Source: an uncultured delta proteobacterium (GTDB lineage Bacteria; Desulfobacterota; Binatia; UBA9968). Taken from it: DNA of 64,000 bases. The position numbers and the translations under genes were made by a program. Of this stretch, positions 32,303 through 44,800 are shown piece after piece. The notes beneath the pieces were generated by a model. It saw nothing but the letters and a program-made list of their open reading frames with translations. It searched no databases and had not been told where the DNA came from. Location: positions 125,381 through 189,380 of the forward strand of contig CAWDPO010000001.1 of assembly GCA_963804165.1 (NCBI GenBank), written 5' to 3'. The stretch's first letter is position 1. Each line of letters begins with the position of its first letter.

Positions 32303-34105
32303 TCAAGAATTCTTCTCGCACTTCGCTCCTAGAGTTGGATCGCGCGTACGGTCGCGCGCCTTAAGCACGGCCAGTTTTGCGCGGATCCCGCTCTTGGCGC
32401 GAAACTGCGCCACGTTCGTGGACATTTTCACGAAATCCTCTAACAACCCGGCAAATCGTTTACTCCAAATCGACGGGTCCGAACCCTCATAAAGGTTACC
32501 GACGCTCAAGTCGTGACCTAATCCACGAAATTCCAACAGTACGCCGCGGCCGTCTCTAAGTCCGTTAACGAGAAAGTCTTCCGCCTGGCACCCTGCGACA
32601 ATCGTATCGCGGCTTCCCTTGATCAGGAGCGTCGCGGTCTCATGGCGAAAATCCGCGGGATTCCATGGGCAAATTTTTTCATCGGCGACGATGCCAATCC
32701 TTTTAGCTTGATCACGGCCAAACTTCTTGTCGTCTCCCGGGCCCGTTGCAAAACGTTCCAGGTCCTTTCCGGAATAGCACGCCTTCTCGCCCATCATCAC
32801 GGATATCCAGCGCGCCACGCCGTCGTACACGCCATATACATAGTTGCCCCGTCGCGACTCGCGTCCTCCCATGCGCACGCGCAGTTCGTCTCTGGCGGCT
32901 TTGAGTCTCTCGCAGTATTCACAGTCCGCCGCCGCGCCGCTAAACGGCGCGTCTTTCAAGCTGCAGCGGCTAGGATTCTCTGCCGTTAAATAATGCGCCA
33001 GCAGCAGCGCCGCGTTGATGCGGTTGCGGCTGTCCGCGACAAAAACCAGCGCGTCCTTTTCCGGCGCGCCGGTCATTTGCAGATAGCGCAACGCGGCAAA
33101 GAATTCTTTCGGGAACTGAGCGAATTGTTTTTGAAAGATCTGATCCTTATTGAGCGCGCCAAAGTTATCCACGATAAAATCAGCCGAGCCGTAGTTTTCA
33201 TCGATCTCGGGGATGATTTTTTCCAATCGCTTGACGATTTTATCGACCAGATCACTTTTCAGGAAGCAAAAATTGTCGCTCGACCCGAGGCGGTTATCCA
33301 TGATCGTGATTTGCGGGTCGGAAAAATCGGTGACGAGCTGCTTCAGAAACGACCCTGATGAGCACTGGCAATGGGCCACGCCCTGGGAACGATAGTAGCC
33401 ATAAATCGCTTTGAGGTTTTCGATCGTCATGCGGGTGCGCGCGATCTGGGTCTCGGCCCGATGCCGGTCCACCGGCCCCGACAGGATCAGGCTCAGCACC
33501 TTCGGGCTCGGCTCCTTCGGCTTGCCGTATTTTGCCGCATAGCGCTGCGCGATGACCGTGCCCCAACTATGCGCGTAGATCGCATCCCACGCCCTCGTCC
33601 CGAGAATCTCTCGGCGCAGTTTTTCTATATCCTCCACGACATATTCGGCGCGCAGGAACTGATCGTATTCCTTGTTGCCGTCGATGGCGCTTTTTGCCAT
33701 GCCGCGCGGGTGGAAATACACGACGTTGTGCTTCTTTTCCAACAGCCTCAAAGTCGCGGATCTGCTGTCCGAGTCGACGATCGCCCCCGGCCCGCCGGGA
33801 ATATAGAGGATGTTTAATCGCTGCTTTTTGCTTAAGTCGAATCCCGCCGCGAAAAAATAAGCGAGCTGGAAGGCGCATGCTGACGGCCTCTCGTTGCAAC
33901 GAAAGTTGGCCGGAAAGAGTTTGCCGTCCGGCAGCAAACTTAATTTGAGTAGCTTGTCTTCCGCCTCTCCCGGCTCGCCCATATCCTTGCCTGTCCACGA
34001 ATCGACTGAACTATCCGCAGCGAGAGCCGGCGGCGCAAAGATAAGCAGCAATAAGAAATAGAACGTCAATAAACGGGCCAGCATAATCTTGAATCCTTTT
34101 GTCAT
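32303..34105 (-). CDS. Secreted alpha/beta-hydrolase (proline iminopeptidase/TAP-like peptidase)
   Basis: ATGA overlap with the NRPS stop, signal peptide (LLTFYFLLLLIFAPPALAA), YIPGGPG, HPRG, nucleophile AHSWG, GSRD and GLGH. Confidence 0.85.
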   Translation of the reverse strand: MTKGFKIMLARLLTFYFLLLLIFAPPALAADSSVDSWTGKDMGEPGEAEDKLLKLSLLPDGKLFPANFRCNERPSACAFQLAYFFAAGFDLSKKQRLNILYIPGGPGAIVDSDSRSATLRLLEKKHNVVYFHPRGMAKSAIDGNKEYDQFLRAEYVVEDIEKLRREILGTRAWDAIYAHSWGTVIAQRYAAKYGKPKEPSPKVLSLILSGPVDRHRAETQIARTRMTIENLKAIYGYYRSQGVAHCQCSSGSFLKQLVTDFSDPQITIMDNRLGSSDNFCFLKSDLVDKIVKRLEKIIPEIDENYGSADFIVDNFGALNKDQIFQKQFAQFPKEFFAALRYLQMTGAPEKDALVFVADSRNRINAALLLAHYLTAENPSRCSLKDAPFSGAAADCEYCERLKAARDELRVRMGGRESRRGNYVYGVYDGVARWISVMMGEKACYSGKDLERFATGPGDDKKFGRDQAKRIGIVADEKICPWNPADFRHETATLLIKGSRDTIVAGCQAEDFLVNGLRDGRGVLLEFRGLGHDLSVGNLYEGSDPSIWSKRFAGLLEDFVKMSTNVAQFRAKSGIRAKLAVLKARDRTRDPTLGAKCEKNS

Positions 34106-37100
34106 CGCAGTGCCAAGCCGCTGATACGCCGCTCCGGATGCGCGACCATTTGCGCCAATATCCCGTAATAGTTTTGCAAAACCTTGGTGATCGCCGCGAT
34201 GTCGAACAAATCGGTCTTGTAGTTTACAGCTCCCGTCAACCTCGTTGGCATCTCGTGCAAATGAAAGTTTACATCGAGCCGGGAAATCGCTATGCCTGGG
34301 TCCCCCACGCGATTTTTTCCGTTCCAAGACGCAATCGTTAGGCCATTACTTTCAGCTGGCGGAGTCGACAGATTTCTGTAGTTAAGCATCACCTGATATA
34401 GGGGAACTTTGCTTCTCCCTCGCCGCTTCTCGACCAGCGCTTCGACATACTCGAACGGCACGTCCTGATGGGCATACGCCTCGACGCAGGTCCGGCGCAC
34501 GATTTTAAGAAATTCAGCCACGTTCATTTTTGGTTGAATCGGCGTGCGCAGAACCAGCGCGTTGACGAAATAACCGATCATGCCATCAGTTCCGGGCTGA
34601 GCCCGGTTGGCGACCAGCGTGCCGATTCGAATGTCGAGCTGCCCCGTATAACGATAGAGGAGAATGTTTAAAGCCGCGATGAAGACCATGAACGGGGTAC
34701 AGTTCTGTTCGCGCGCGAATGCTTTGATCCGCCCAAACAGTGCTGTGTCAATTTCAATAGGACGGCGCGAACTGTGAAAGCGCGCCGGCTTGCTGTTTTT
34801 GCCGTCGCGGCGAAAATCGAGCTTGCCCGGCGGCCCGCTGAGCTGATTTCGCCAGTAGGAAATCTGTCGATCGAAAAATCCTTGCTTGAGCAGATCTCGT
34901 TGCCAAGCGACGAAGTCGGCAAATTGCACAGGAAGCCCAGGCAACGGCGAAGGCAATCCTCTTGTGTATGCTTCATAGAGCGCGGCTAGTTCTTTACGAA
35001 AGAGTCCCATGGACCACTGGTCGGTAATGATGTGGTGCATGGTCACGAGCAGCACATGCTGCTCTTCCGCCAAGCGGAGCAATGTCGTTCTCATGAGCGG
35101 CGGCTTCTCGACGTCGAAGGATTGCGCCGCATCCTGCTTAGAAATCTGCTCCAGCTTTGATTTCTTTTGTGGTTCCGGCAGTCGTGCAAGATCGATAAGA
35201 GTCAAGGACGGCTTCACCTGCGACCGAACAAACTGCCGCGGTCCCGCCGCCGTCTCACAAAATCCCGCGCGCAACACGTCGTGGCGCTTGACGATCTCGA
35301 GAATCGCTCGCCGCAATGCGGTCGCGTCCAGCCGTCCATCGAGCCGATAGGCGTAAGGCATGTTAAGGAAATCTCCGCCGCCGAACAATTGACTGAAGAG
35401 AAACAACGGCTCCTGACCGAGCGATAAAGAAGACACGCGCTTGTTCGCCGCGGCCTTGATCGGCGGAAAGTTTTCTTGACCGTTAACTTGAACCCTCCGC
35501 TCCAGTGCCGCGGCGAGGCCGGCAACCGTGGGCGCCTCGAAAAGATCGCGCAGCGATAGCGGGCGGGCAAACACTTCGCGCAGCTTTGCCGTAACGACGG
35601 ATGCCGACAGCGAATGCCCTCCGAGATCGAAAAAGTTATCGTCCACTGCAATCGTTTCCAGCCGCAACACCTGCCGCCAGATCTGCGCAATGAGCAGTTC
35701 CGTCTCGCTGCGCGGCTCCATCGTTGTGCCGATACAAGTTTCTTTAAACGCAACCGGCTCCGGCAATGCCCGGCGGTCGATTTTGCCATTCGGTAACAAC
35801 GGCAGGCGTTCGAGCATGACGAAAGCTGTCGGCAGCATGTAATCCGGTAGCCGTTCTTTTAAAAAACCTCGCAGCTCGCTCGCCGTTGGCGGGCGCTCGC
35901 CTGCAAGGACATAGGCGGTAAAGGATGGGGCGAATTTTGGATTTTGAATCCTCGATTTTGGATTGTCGGCGTCGGGCGGCGTTTCTCCTCGCACAACCGC
36001 GCAACATTCGCGTACTTCAGGATGGCGGCTGAGCGCCGCCTCGACTTCACCGAGCTCAACCCGGTAGCCACGTATCTTAACTTGGTCGTCGGTGCGACCC
36101 AAGAATTCGAGATTGCCATCCGCACAATAGCGCGCCAGATCGCCGGTTCGGAAAAGACGGGAATTTGAGCCCGCGTCAAAAGGATTCGCGACAAACTTTT
36201 CTGCCGTTAATGCCGGCTGATGGAGATAGCCGCCCGCTAGATTATCGCCGCTGACGTACAACTCGCCGCGCGTCCCGACCGGCACGGGTTGCATGCGGGA
36301 ATCGAGCAGATAAGTTTGCGTATTGTGAATCGGCCGACCGATCAAAACCTGCGCGCGATTCGAATCAGCGCGGACATCATAATACGTCACATCCGCTGAA
36401 ACCTCCGAGGAACCATAAAGATTCACCAGCCGGCACTTAGGAACCGCCTCGCGGAATTGCCCAGCCAACTCGGCGGGCAAAGGTTCGCCGCTGCTGAAGC
36501 AGAATTGAAGCCGGACCAAGTGCTTGTTCAGCTCAGGATATCGCATGATTTCACTTAACAATGACGGGACCAACACGATCCGTGTCACTCGATGCCGCGC
36601 CAGATATCGCACGAGCCGTTCAGCCTCGCGGGTCACAGTCTCAGGCACGATCACCGTCGGAATACCTCGGAGCAACGCGCCGAAGATTTCCCAAACCGAA
36701 TCGACGAAGCTAAGCGAGGTTTTTTGGCAAGTTTTCTCGCCGGGGCTGAATGGGTACGTTGTCCACATCCAGGCGAAACGATTGACCGCGCCTCGATGGA
36801 GCCCCACTACCCCTTTTGGAGTTCCGGTCGAACCCGAAGTGTAAATAACATAGGCAGGGCTATCGGCAGTTGCGCCATTCCTTGGATTCGCTGTGCGCTT
36901 AGCCGTGCTGCGGCGCGACTCGTCGACGAAAAGCGTCGCGTCGCTGCCGCCAATTCGATGCGCGAATTTGCGCTGTGTCAGCAAAATGGCAATCCCGGCA
37001 TCGGCCACCATGAATTTCAAACGTTCGGTTGGATAGGCCGGATCCAGCGGCACGTAAGCACCGCCGGTTTTTAGAATCGCAAGCAGGCTCAGCACCATCT

Positions 37101-38887
37101 CGAAAGAACGATCGATCATAACGCCGACGAGTTTTCCGGGGTCGGCGCCGAGTTCGATGAGTTCGCTTGCGAGCCGGTTGGCTCGATTGTTAAGGTCTTG
37201 ATAGTTCCAGGCGCTGTTTTCAAACTCCAACGCAACTGCTTCCGGCGCCCGCTCGACCTGCGCCTCAAATAATTCGTGGATGCACGCGCTCGCGTGGGTA
37301 CTCCGCCGCCGTATTATTCCATTCGACGAGCAGTTGTCGGCGTTCCGTCGCGCTAATCATCGGCAGCGCCGCGATGGAGCGGTCGGCATCGGTGACGAAT
37401 GCCCTCGAGTAAAGTTTGAAAATGACCGGTCATCCTTTCGATGGTCGCTTGATCAAAAAGCTCCGTCGCGTACTCGATGAAGCCTCGCAGCGTGCCCTCG
37501 CGCTCGCGCAAGTACAGCGACAGATCGAACTGCGCCGTTTGGTTGTCGATTTCGATGGGCTGCAAACCGATGCCAGGCGGAGCGGCACGCCGACGTGGTG
37601 TGTTTTGCAACACCAACATTGTCTGGAAAATAGGGTTACGGTTCAGGTCGCGCCGGGGGTTCAACGCCTCCACGACTTTTTCGAACGGCACCGCCTGATG
37701 CGCGTAGGCGTCGAGACAAACCTCGCGCGCGCGCTGGAGTAGCTCCCGAAAGCTCGGCTGACCGGAAAGATCCACGCGCAAGGCTAGAGTATTGACGAAA
37801 AAGCCGATAACCCCCTCGATCTCGCTCTGTTCGCGATTGGCAACCGGCGCGCCGACAATAATATCTTCTTGTCCGGTATAGCGATAAAGCAAAAGTTGAA
37901 AGGCCGCGAATAGCGTCATGAACAACGTGACGCCTTCGCGCTGGCTCAGATCGTTGAGTGCTGCCGTCAATGTAGGAGGCAGCTCCAATGGCTGCCTCCT
38001 GCCCTGAAAACTCTGCGTCGCCGGCCGAGGATGATCCGTCGATAGGTCGAGATACGGAGCGTTGGCAAGGTGCTGCTTCCAGTACGTCAAATGCGCCTCA
38101 AGCAAATCACCTTGAAGTTCTCGCCGTTGCCAGACAGCGTAGTCTCGGTACCGCACCGTTAGCTCCTGCAGCATTGGAGCAGCTAGCGTTGACGAAATCG
38201 TTATAGAGCGACCACAGCTCATGTGTGAAAATTCCCATCGACCACGCGTCTGAGATCATGTGATGCATGCAGAAAACCAGCACATGCACATCGTTGCGGT
38301 CTTTGAGTAGCTGGATTCTGAGCAACCGGTCGCGCGATAAATCGAACGGTTGCCGCGCCTCCTCAAGAAGTAAGTGCGTCGGTTTGCTTTTTTCGTTCCT
38401 CTTCCAACAGCGCGCTGAGATCGGTGGGATTCAGGAGCAGAGATCTCTGCCACGGTTGCGCATTGAAGCGCGCGGCCCTCGACAGCGACAAACTTTGTCC
38501 GCAGCGACTCGTGGCGGCGAATAAGCTCATTCTAAGGACAATTCGAGCGCGCGAATATCCAGCGGACCGATGATGCGTACAGCGCGAGCGAGATTGTAAA
38601 CCGAACGTCCCGGCTCCAATTGCTCCAAGAGCCACAAGCGCTCTTGAGCGAACGACAGCGGCGACGGCTGATCGTCGGCGCTGTGCAGAATGCGTGTCCC
38701 AGAGGTTTCTAACGGCGCGATTTGCGCGCTCCAAAAACCGGATGATCTCCTTCTTGTGTTTGGCAATCTGCTCACTCAGGGCGGGAGTCAGAGTACCGCG
38801 CGGCGCGTTCACGCGCAGGTGCTCCCCGGCCACGGAGAGGCGGATATCGAGGCTACGAAGCTGTTCGAAGAGTGCGGCGGTGTTTAT
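34102..38887 (-). CDS. NRPS 3: TubC-like docking domain-C-A-T-C(terminal) (frameshifts between 37.3 and 38.8 kb)
   Basis: LRVNAPRGTLT docking motif, C HHMISDAWS, A YTSGSTGTPKG / KTSLSFVDSVWEIF, T LGGHSL, terminal C HHIITDQWS, no TE. The start codon reads ATA at the position of an expected ATGA overlap. Confidence 0.88.
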
Positions 38888-41800
38888 AACTCGATCTCCT
38901 CTCGTTTGTCCGCGTGCGGATCGATTCCGGCATCGGCAGAAATTTCTGCAGATTCGAGGCGCTTGGCCAGCGTCGCCACCGTCGGCGCTTGCAGGAAGGT
39001 TCGCAGATCCAAACTCATCTGCATAGTTTCGCGAATCCTTGCAGCAGCCTGGGCGGCGAGTAAGGAATGGCCGCCGAGTTCGAAAAAATTGTCCAGCCTG
39101 CCGACTCGTTCGACACCGAGCACATCCGCAAAAATTTTGCCGAGTCGTTGTTCCATCGCGGTGCGCGGCGCTTCGAAAGGAATCCGCCTTTCGCGGTCGC
39201 GCTCCTCAAAGGCCGGCAAACTGAAATAGTCGATCTTGCCGTTGGGGCTGATCGGCAATCGGTCCATGAAATGAAAATAGAATGGGATCATATAATGTGG
39301 CAGCCTTGCGCTTAAAAACGCGCGCAAATCGTCTGCGCCGAGATCGCAATCTTTTTCGCGCTCGACGTAGGCTACCAGTCGCGCTTCTCTCATTCCCATG
39401 GCGTCGCCGCTGTCGAATTCCCGGGCCGCAACTGCAACGACGTGCACACCCGCGCATTGGGCGAGCGCTGATTCCACCTCCGGCAGTTCGACGCGGAAGC
39501 CGCGGATGCTCACGCGACGGTCCCGCCGTCCCGCCCATTCGACGTTTCCATCCGGCAAATATCTGCCGAGCTCCCCGGTTCGGTAAAGCCGATCGCGCTC
39601 ATCGCCTGTAAAAGGACTCATCATGAAATTCGACTCGGTTTGCGCGTCGTCGCCGACGTAGCCCGCGGCCAGATGCGGGCTGCGCACATAAATCTCGCCC
39701 CGCTCGCCCACACCCGCTTGTTGGCGATCGGCATTTAATATGAGGAGCTGTACATCCTTGACGCCGTTACCCGTCGGAACCGTTTCCTTTGCGGCGCCGC
39801 CACGCATGAATAAATGGTTGGGAACGACATTGTAGCCGACCGCGCGCTGGGTTTCGGTGGCGCCGTAAAAACTCACGATCGACGCGTTCGGCGCGGCCTC
39901 GTGCATGGCGCAAACATCTTGCCGGGTCAACACATCGCCGCCGAAAAATACCCGGCGCACTGACGGCAGTTGGATGCTTCTTGCGGTTCGAAGCAGCCGC
40001 CCCAGCGCGGGCGTGAGATGAAGGATCGAAATCTCTCGGCGCTGCAGCCAATGAACCAGTTGCTCCGCGTCTTTCAATTGCTCGTCGGTCGGAACGTATA
40101 CTGTCGCGCCGGACGCGAGTGCGGTAAAAAGCTCGCGCTGCAGATGATTGTAACCGAGGCCGGATAACAAACTGTAACGGTCTGAGTTTTTTAACTCGAA
40201 GGTTTTCTCCTGCCACGGCAGAAAATGCGTGATCGGACCATGCCGGCACAGAACGCCTTTCGGCTCACCGGTCGAGCCCGAGGTAAAGGCGACGTAAGCG
40301 GAATCATCTGCTTTAAGCGCGATATCCGGCACACGTCCCAGGTCCCGCTTCAGGAGCCAAGTGATTTCCTGGCGTGCGCGCGGCAAGTCGATCCGGCAGG
40401 AAATCTCCGTTGTCCCAATGAAGCGCGCGAGTTCCTGCGGCGGCGCGCCGGCCCCCGCCATGTGTATCCAGCCTTTGGGTTGTACGATACGAAGATAATC
40501 GAGCAAACGTGCCGCCGGATACGCCGGGTCGAGAATGACGAATACCGCGCCCGCTTTGAGGACGCCGAGGATCGCCAACGCGAGCGTCGCGTCGCGATGC
40601 GCGTAGATCGCGACGACATCCCTTGGATGAATATGCTGCTGAATCAGCAAACCGGCCAACCGACTGGTCACCGCATCGAGCTCTTGGTATGTCCAACTGG
40701 CATCTTCATCGGCAACGGCGGCTTTCTTAGTAGATTTCTCGGCCTGGCGTAGAACGAGCGAATGTATCGTCCCGAACCAAGTTTCGTCGAGCCGCTCCCC
40801 GGGATCGGGCAAAATCGTTTTTGCCAGCGCAGTCACCAGAGTGAATTGCTCTATCTTTTTATTTGGCTCACTGACAGCCTGCGATAGTAAATTGCTCCAT
40901 TGATCGATCAGCGCCGTCATTCTCGCCTCGGAAAAAAGATCGGCATTGTAAACCACTGTCAACTCGATCCGGCCATCGGTTTGCGGTGCTTGCAACACCA
41001 GATCGAATTTTGCGCCAGGTGCGGCTTGACTAATTCTCTCTGTTTCGCAACCAGTCAAGACGAGTTCGCGCTCGGCAACATCCGCCATGTTAAACAGCAC
41101 CTGGAAAATCGGATTGCGGCTCAAATCGCGCCCCGGATTGATCTCCTCGACGACTCGTTCGAACGGCAAGTCCTGATGCGTGTAGGCGTCCAGGCATGTT
41201 TCGCGAACGCGCGTGAGTAATTCGACAAACGTCGGACTGCCGGACAGATCCGTGCGCAAAGCCACCGCGTTGATGAAAAATCCGATGAGGCCGTCCAGCT
41301 CCGGCCGGTTTCGCCCTGCCACAGTCGAGCCGACAACAACGTCGTCTTGACCTGCCAAGCGCGATAGTAGAATTTTGAGCGCGGCCAACAGCGTCATGAA
41401 TAGCGTCGCGCTCTGCTGCCGGCTCAGCTGTTTCAGCGCGTCGGTAAGCTCTTTCGACAATCGCTCGGTTACCCTGGCGCCTCGATAAGTCGGCGCGCCT
41501 GGGCGTAAGTAATCCGTCGGTAGATTGAGAAAGCGCAATCCGCTTCCGAGCCGGTGTTTCCAGTAGATCAGTTGCGGCGCTGAGGCCTTGCTTCGAAGCC
41601 AATCCTCCTGCCACGCGGCGAAGTCGGCGTAATGCGTGGTGAGCGCCGGTAACGCCACGCGCTTCTCCGCCAGCCTGGCTTCATAAACTCGCGCCAGTTC
41701 CCGATAGAATATCGCCAACGATGAGCCGTCGCAGATGAGGTGATGAAAATTCAATATCAGGAAGAAATCCTCGGCGCCGAGCCGAAGCAGCTTGGCGCGC

Positions 41801-44800
41801 ATCAATGGCGCGCGGCTAAAATCGAACGGCTGGCGAGCGTCAGCGTTAAAAATCCGTTCCGCTTCTTTTTCCGCTTGCTCCAGCCGAAGCCGGCGTAGGT
41901 CGATCACGTCCAAGTCCAAGTGTGCCAACGCTTGAACTTGTTGAAATGGCTCGCCATCGATTTCGGCAATCACCGTGCGCAGCGTCTCGTGTCTGCGCAC
42001 GATCTCATCGAGAGACGCTTCGAGCGCCGCAATATTCAGCGGCCCGCGCACGCGATGAGAAACCGGCATATTGTACGCGGTCAGGTCGGCATCCAGTTTG
42101 TGCAGAAACCACACCCGCCGCTGCGCAAAGGAAAGCGGAATGCCCCATCGCGCCGCACGGCAACAATCGGCGGCGTATTTACGCCGCGCGTGCTGCGGCA
42201 CAGCCGGTCGATCTCTGCCCCGAGCAACGCCACGGTCGGCAATTCAAAGAGCCTGCGCAAAGGCAGATCCACGTTGAAATTCGTGCGCAATCGCCCGGCC
42301 ACGCGGGCGGCAAGCAACGAGTGGCCGCCCAACTCGAAGAAGTTGTCGTGTACACCGACCCGGTCGAGTTTAAGAATCTCGCGCCAAGTCTGCGCGATCA
42401 ATTCTTCGCTCTCCGTGCGTGACGCCACGTAATCGTGAATCGACTGAGACAAGCCGCCGTCGGGGTACGGCAGCGCGCGGCGATCGACTTTGCCGTTGGG
42501 GGTCAATGGCAACCCATCCAGCGGAACGAACACCGCGGGAATCATGTATTCAGGCAACGTCTGGCACAAGGCGTTGCGCAACTCGCTCCCCGACGCGAAC
42601 ATCGAGCCGTTGAAAACCAAGTACGCAACCAGTTGTCGGTCGGATTTCGGATTAGAGGATAGATTCGGGTCGTCAGCCGTCATGTCCCGCGCGACGACGA
42701 CGCTTTCGCGAATTGCCGGATGCCGGTTGAGCGCCGCTTCGACCTCGCCAAGCTCGATGCGGTAACCGCGGATCTTAATCTGATTGTCGACCCGCCCGAG
42801 GTATTCGATGTTGCCGTCGACGTCGTATCGCGCCAAATCCCCGGTCCGATACATGCGTGCTTTCGCACTGCGCGCGAACGGATCGCGCAGAAATTTCTCG
42901 GCGGTTAATTGCGGTCGGTTCAAGTAACCGCGCGCGACGCCGGCGCCGCCGATAAAGAGCTCACCCGCCACGCCGATGGGCACGGGCCGAAGCGCGCCGT
43001 CGAGCAGATAAGTCTTCGTGTTGGCGATCGGTCGCCCGATCGTCGCCTTGCCGTCTTTCTTGCGCAAAGTGAAAGTCGAGTAAGTCGTAGTTTCGGACGG
43101 CCCGTAAAGATCATAAACTTGTTTGACCGTGTCGGTTTCATAGATCCGCTCGACAAGCTCCGTCCTCAACGGCTCCCCGGCAAGATTCACGGTTCGGACC
43201 GTGGGCGGCAGTGCGCCGAGATCGAGCAGTTCGCCGATTGCCGACGGCACGGTATTGACCAGCGTAACTTTGCCCGTCCCCGCCAGACTGTGAAGCGCCA
43301 AAGCGTTGTCGACCATGATCGCTTTGCCGCCCCAACAAAGCGGCGCGAACAATTCAAAGACCGAAAGATCGAAACAGATCGACGTCGATGCCAAAACGCC
43401 GGCGAGTTGCTCGGCAGAAAAAACTCGCTTAGCCCAACACAAAAAAGCAACCGCGTTTCTGTGCTCGATCGCGACCCCTTTCGGCTCGCCGGTCGATCCC
43501 GATGTGTAGATCACGTAGGCTAAATTGTTGGAGCCAGCCTTGTTCGAAAGTTGCCGGGAATCTTCCCTCGCGATCTTCGTCCATTCGGCGTCGATGCAAA
43601 CTACATTGGGTCTTCGGCCCAATGACTGAACACTTACCGCCGGCAACCGACGAGTCGTTGACAACTTCTTGTGAGTTAACAGCACTTCAACGCCTGCGTC
43701 CTTGAGCATGAATGCGGTCCGGGCCGGCGGATATTTAGGATCCAGCGGCACGTAGGCACCACCAGCTTTCAAGATCCCGAGCAAGCCTACGACCATTTCC
43801 AGGGATCGCTCGACGCAAATACCAACCCGGCTTTCCGCCCCGACACCAAGCTTACGCAGGTAACGCGCCAGCTGGTTCGCCCGGCAATTTAGTTCGCGGT
43901 AAGTGAGAGTTTGACCGGCGCACTCGACGGCAGTCGCGCGCGGAGTTCGCGCAGCCTGAGCTTCGAATAGCTCGTGGATACAGCGGTCTTTGGGGTAAAT
44001 CGCCGTGGTCCGGTTCCATCGAACCAGTATCTGCTCACGCTCGCGCTTGGATAGCAGCGCCACGTCCCCGATAAGCTCTTCGGGATGAGCCGCGATGCGA
44101 CGCAGAAGCGTCAAAAGATGGCGTGCCATCCGCGCAATCGTCGGCCGATCAAAAAGGTCGGTGCTGTATTCGAAGAAGCCTCTTAATTCCGCGTCGCGCT
44201 CGGCCAACGACAGTGTGAGGTCAAATTTTGCCGTCGACCCCGCCAAGTCCAACGCTTCGACCTGAAGCCCTGGAAGCTTGAGCTCCGCGGTCGGATAATT
44301 CTGGTACGCCAACATCACATCAAACAATGGATTTCGACCGAGATCGCGCTCCAGACGCAACTCTTCGACTAATTGATCGAAGGGCAAATCCTGATGCGCC
44401 AGGGCGCCGTTGCAATGCATGCGCACGCGACGCAGCAGCTCGCGAAACGTCGGGCTTCCGGACAGGTCAGTGCGCAACACCAGCGTGTTGACGAAGGGAC
44501 CCATCAAGTTTTCGGTACCGGTCTGACTGCGATTCGCAGCCGGGAATCCGACGCGGATATCGTCCTGACTCGAGTAGCGCCACAACAAAACGTTAAAGGC
44601 GGCCATCAACGTCATGAAGAGCGTCGTACCCTCTTCAGCGCTCAGTTTCTTTAATCCTCGAACCAGCGCTTTGGGAATCGCCAGAGGAAGCCGCGCGCCG
44701 CGGAACGATTGCACGTTTGGCCGGCGACGATCGGTCGGCAGCGCGATTCCCACGGCGGCACTGTTACACAGGCGTTCCTTCCAATAAGTAAGTTGACTTT

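Noticed and set aside
34106-34327. Extended N-terminus of the 674-aa hydrolase ORF
   Set aside because: It overlaps the NRPS C-terminus. The ATG at 34105 gives an ATGA overlap and a proper signal peptide.
38885-38887. ATA as a genuine non-canonical start for NRPS 3
   Set aside because: A single G-to-A difference from a standard ATGA overlap cannot be told from a sequencing error in this error-prone contig.
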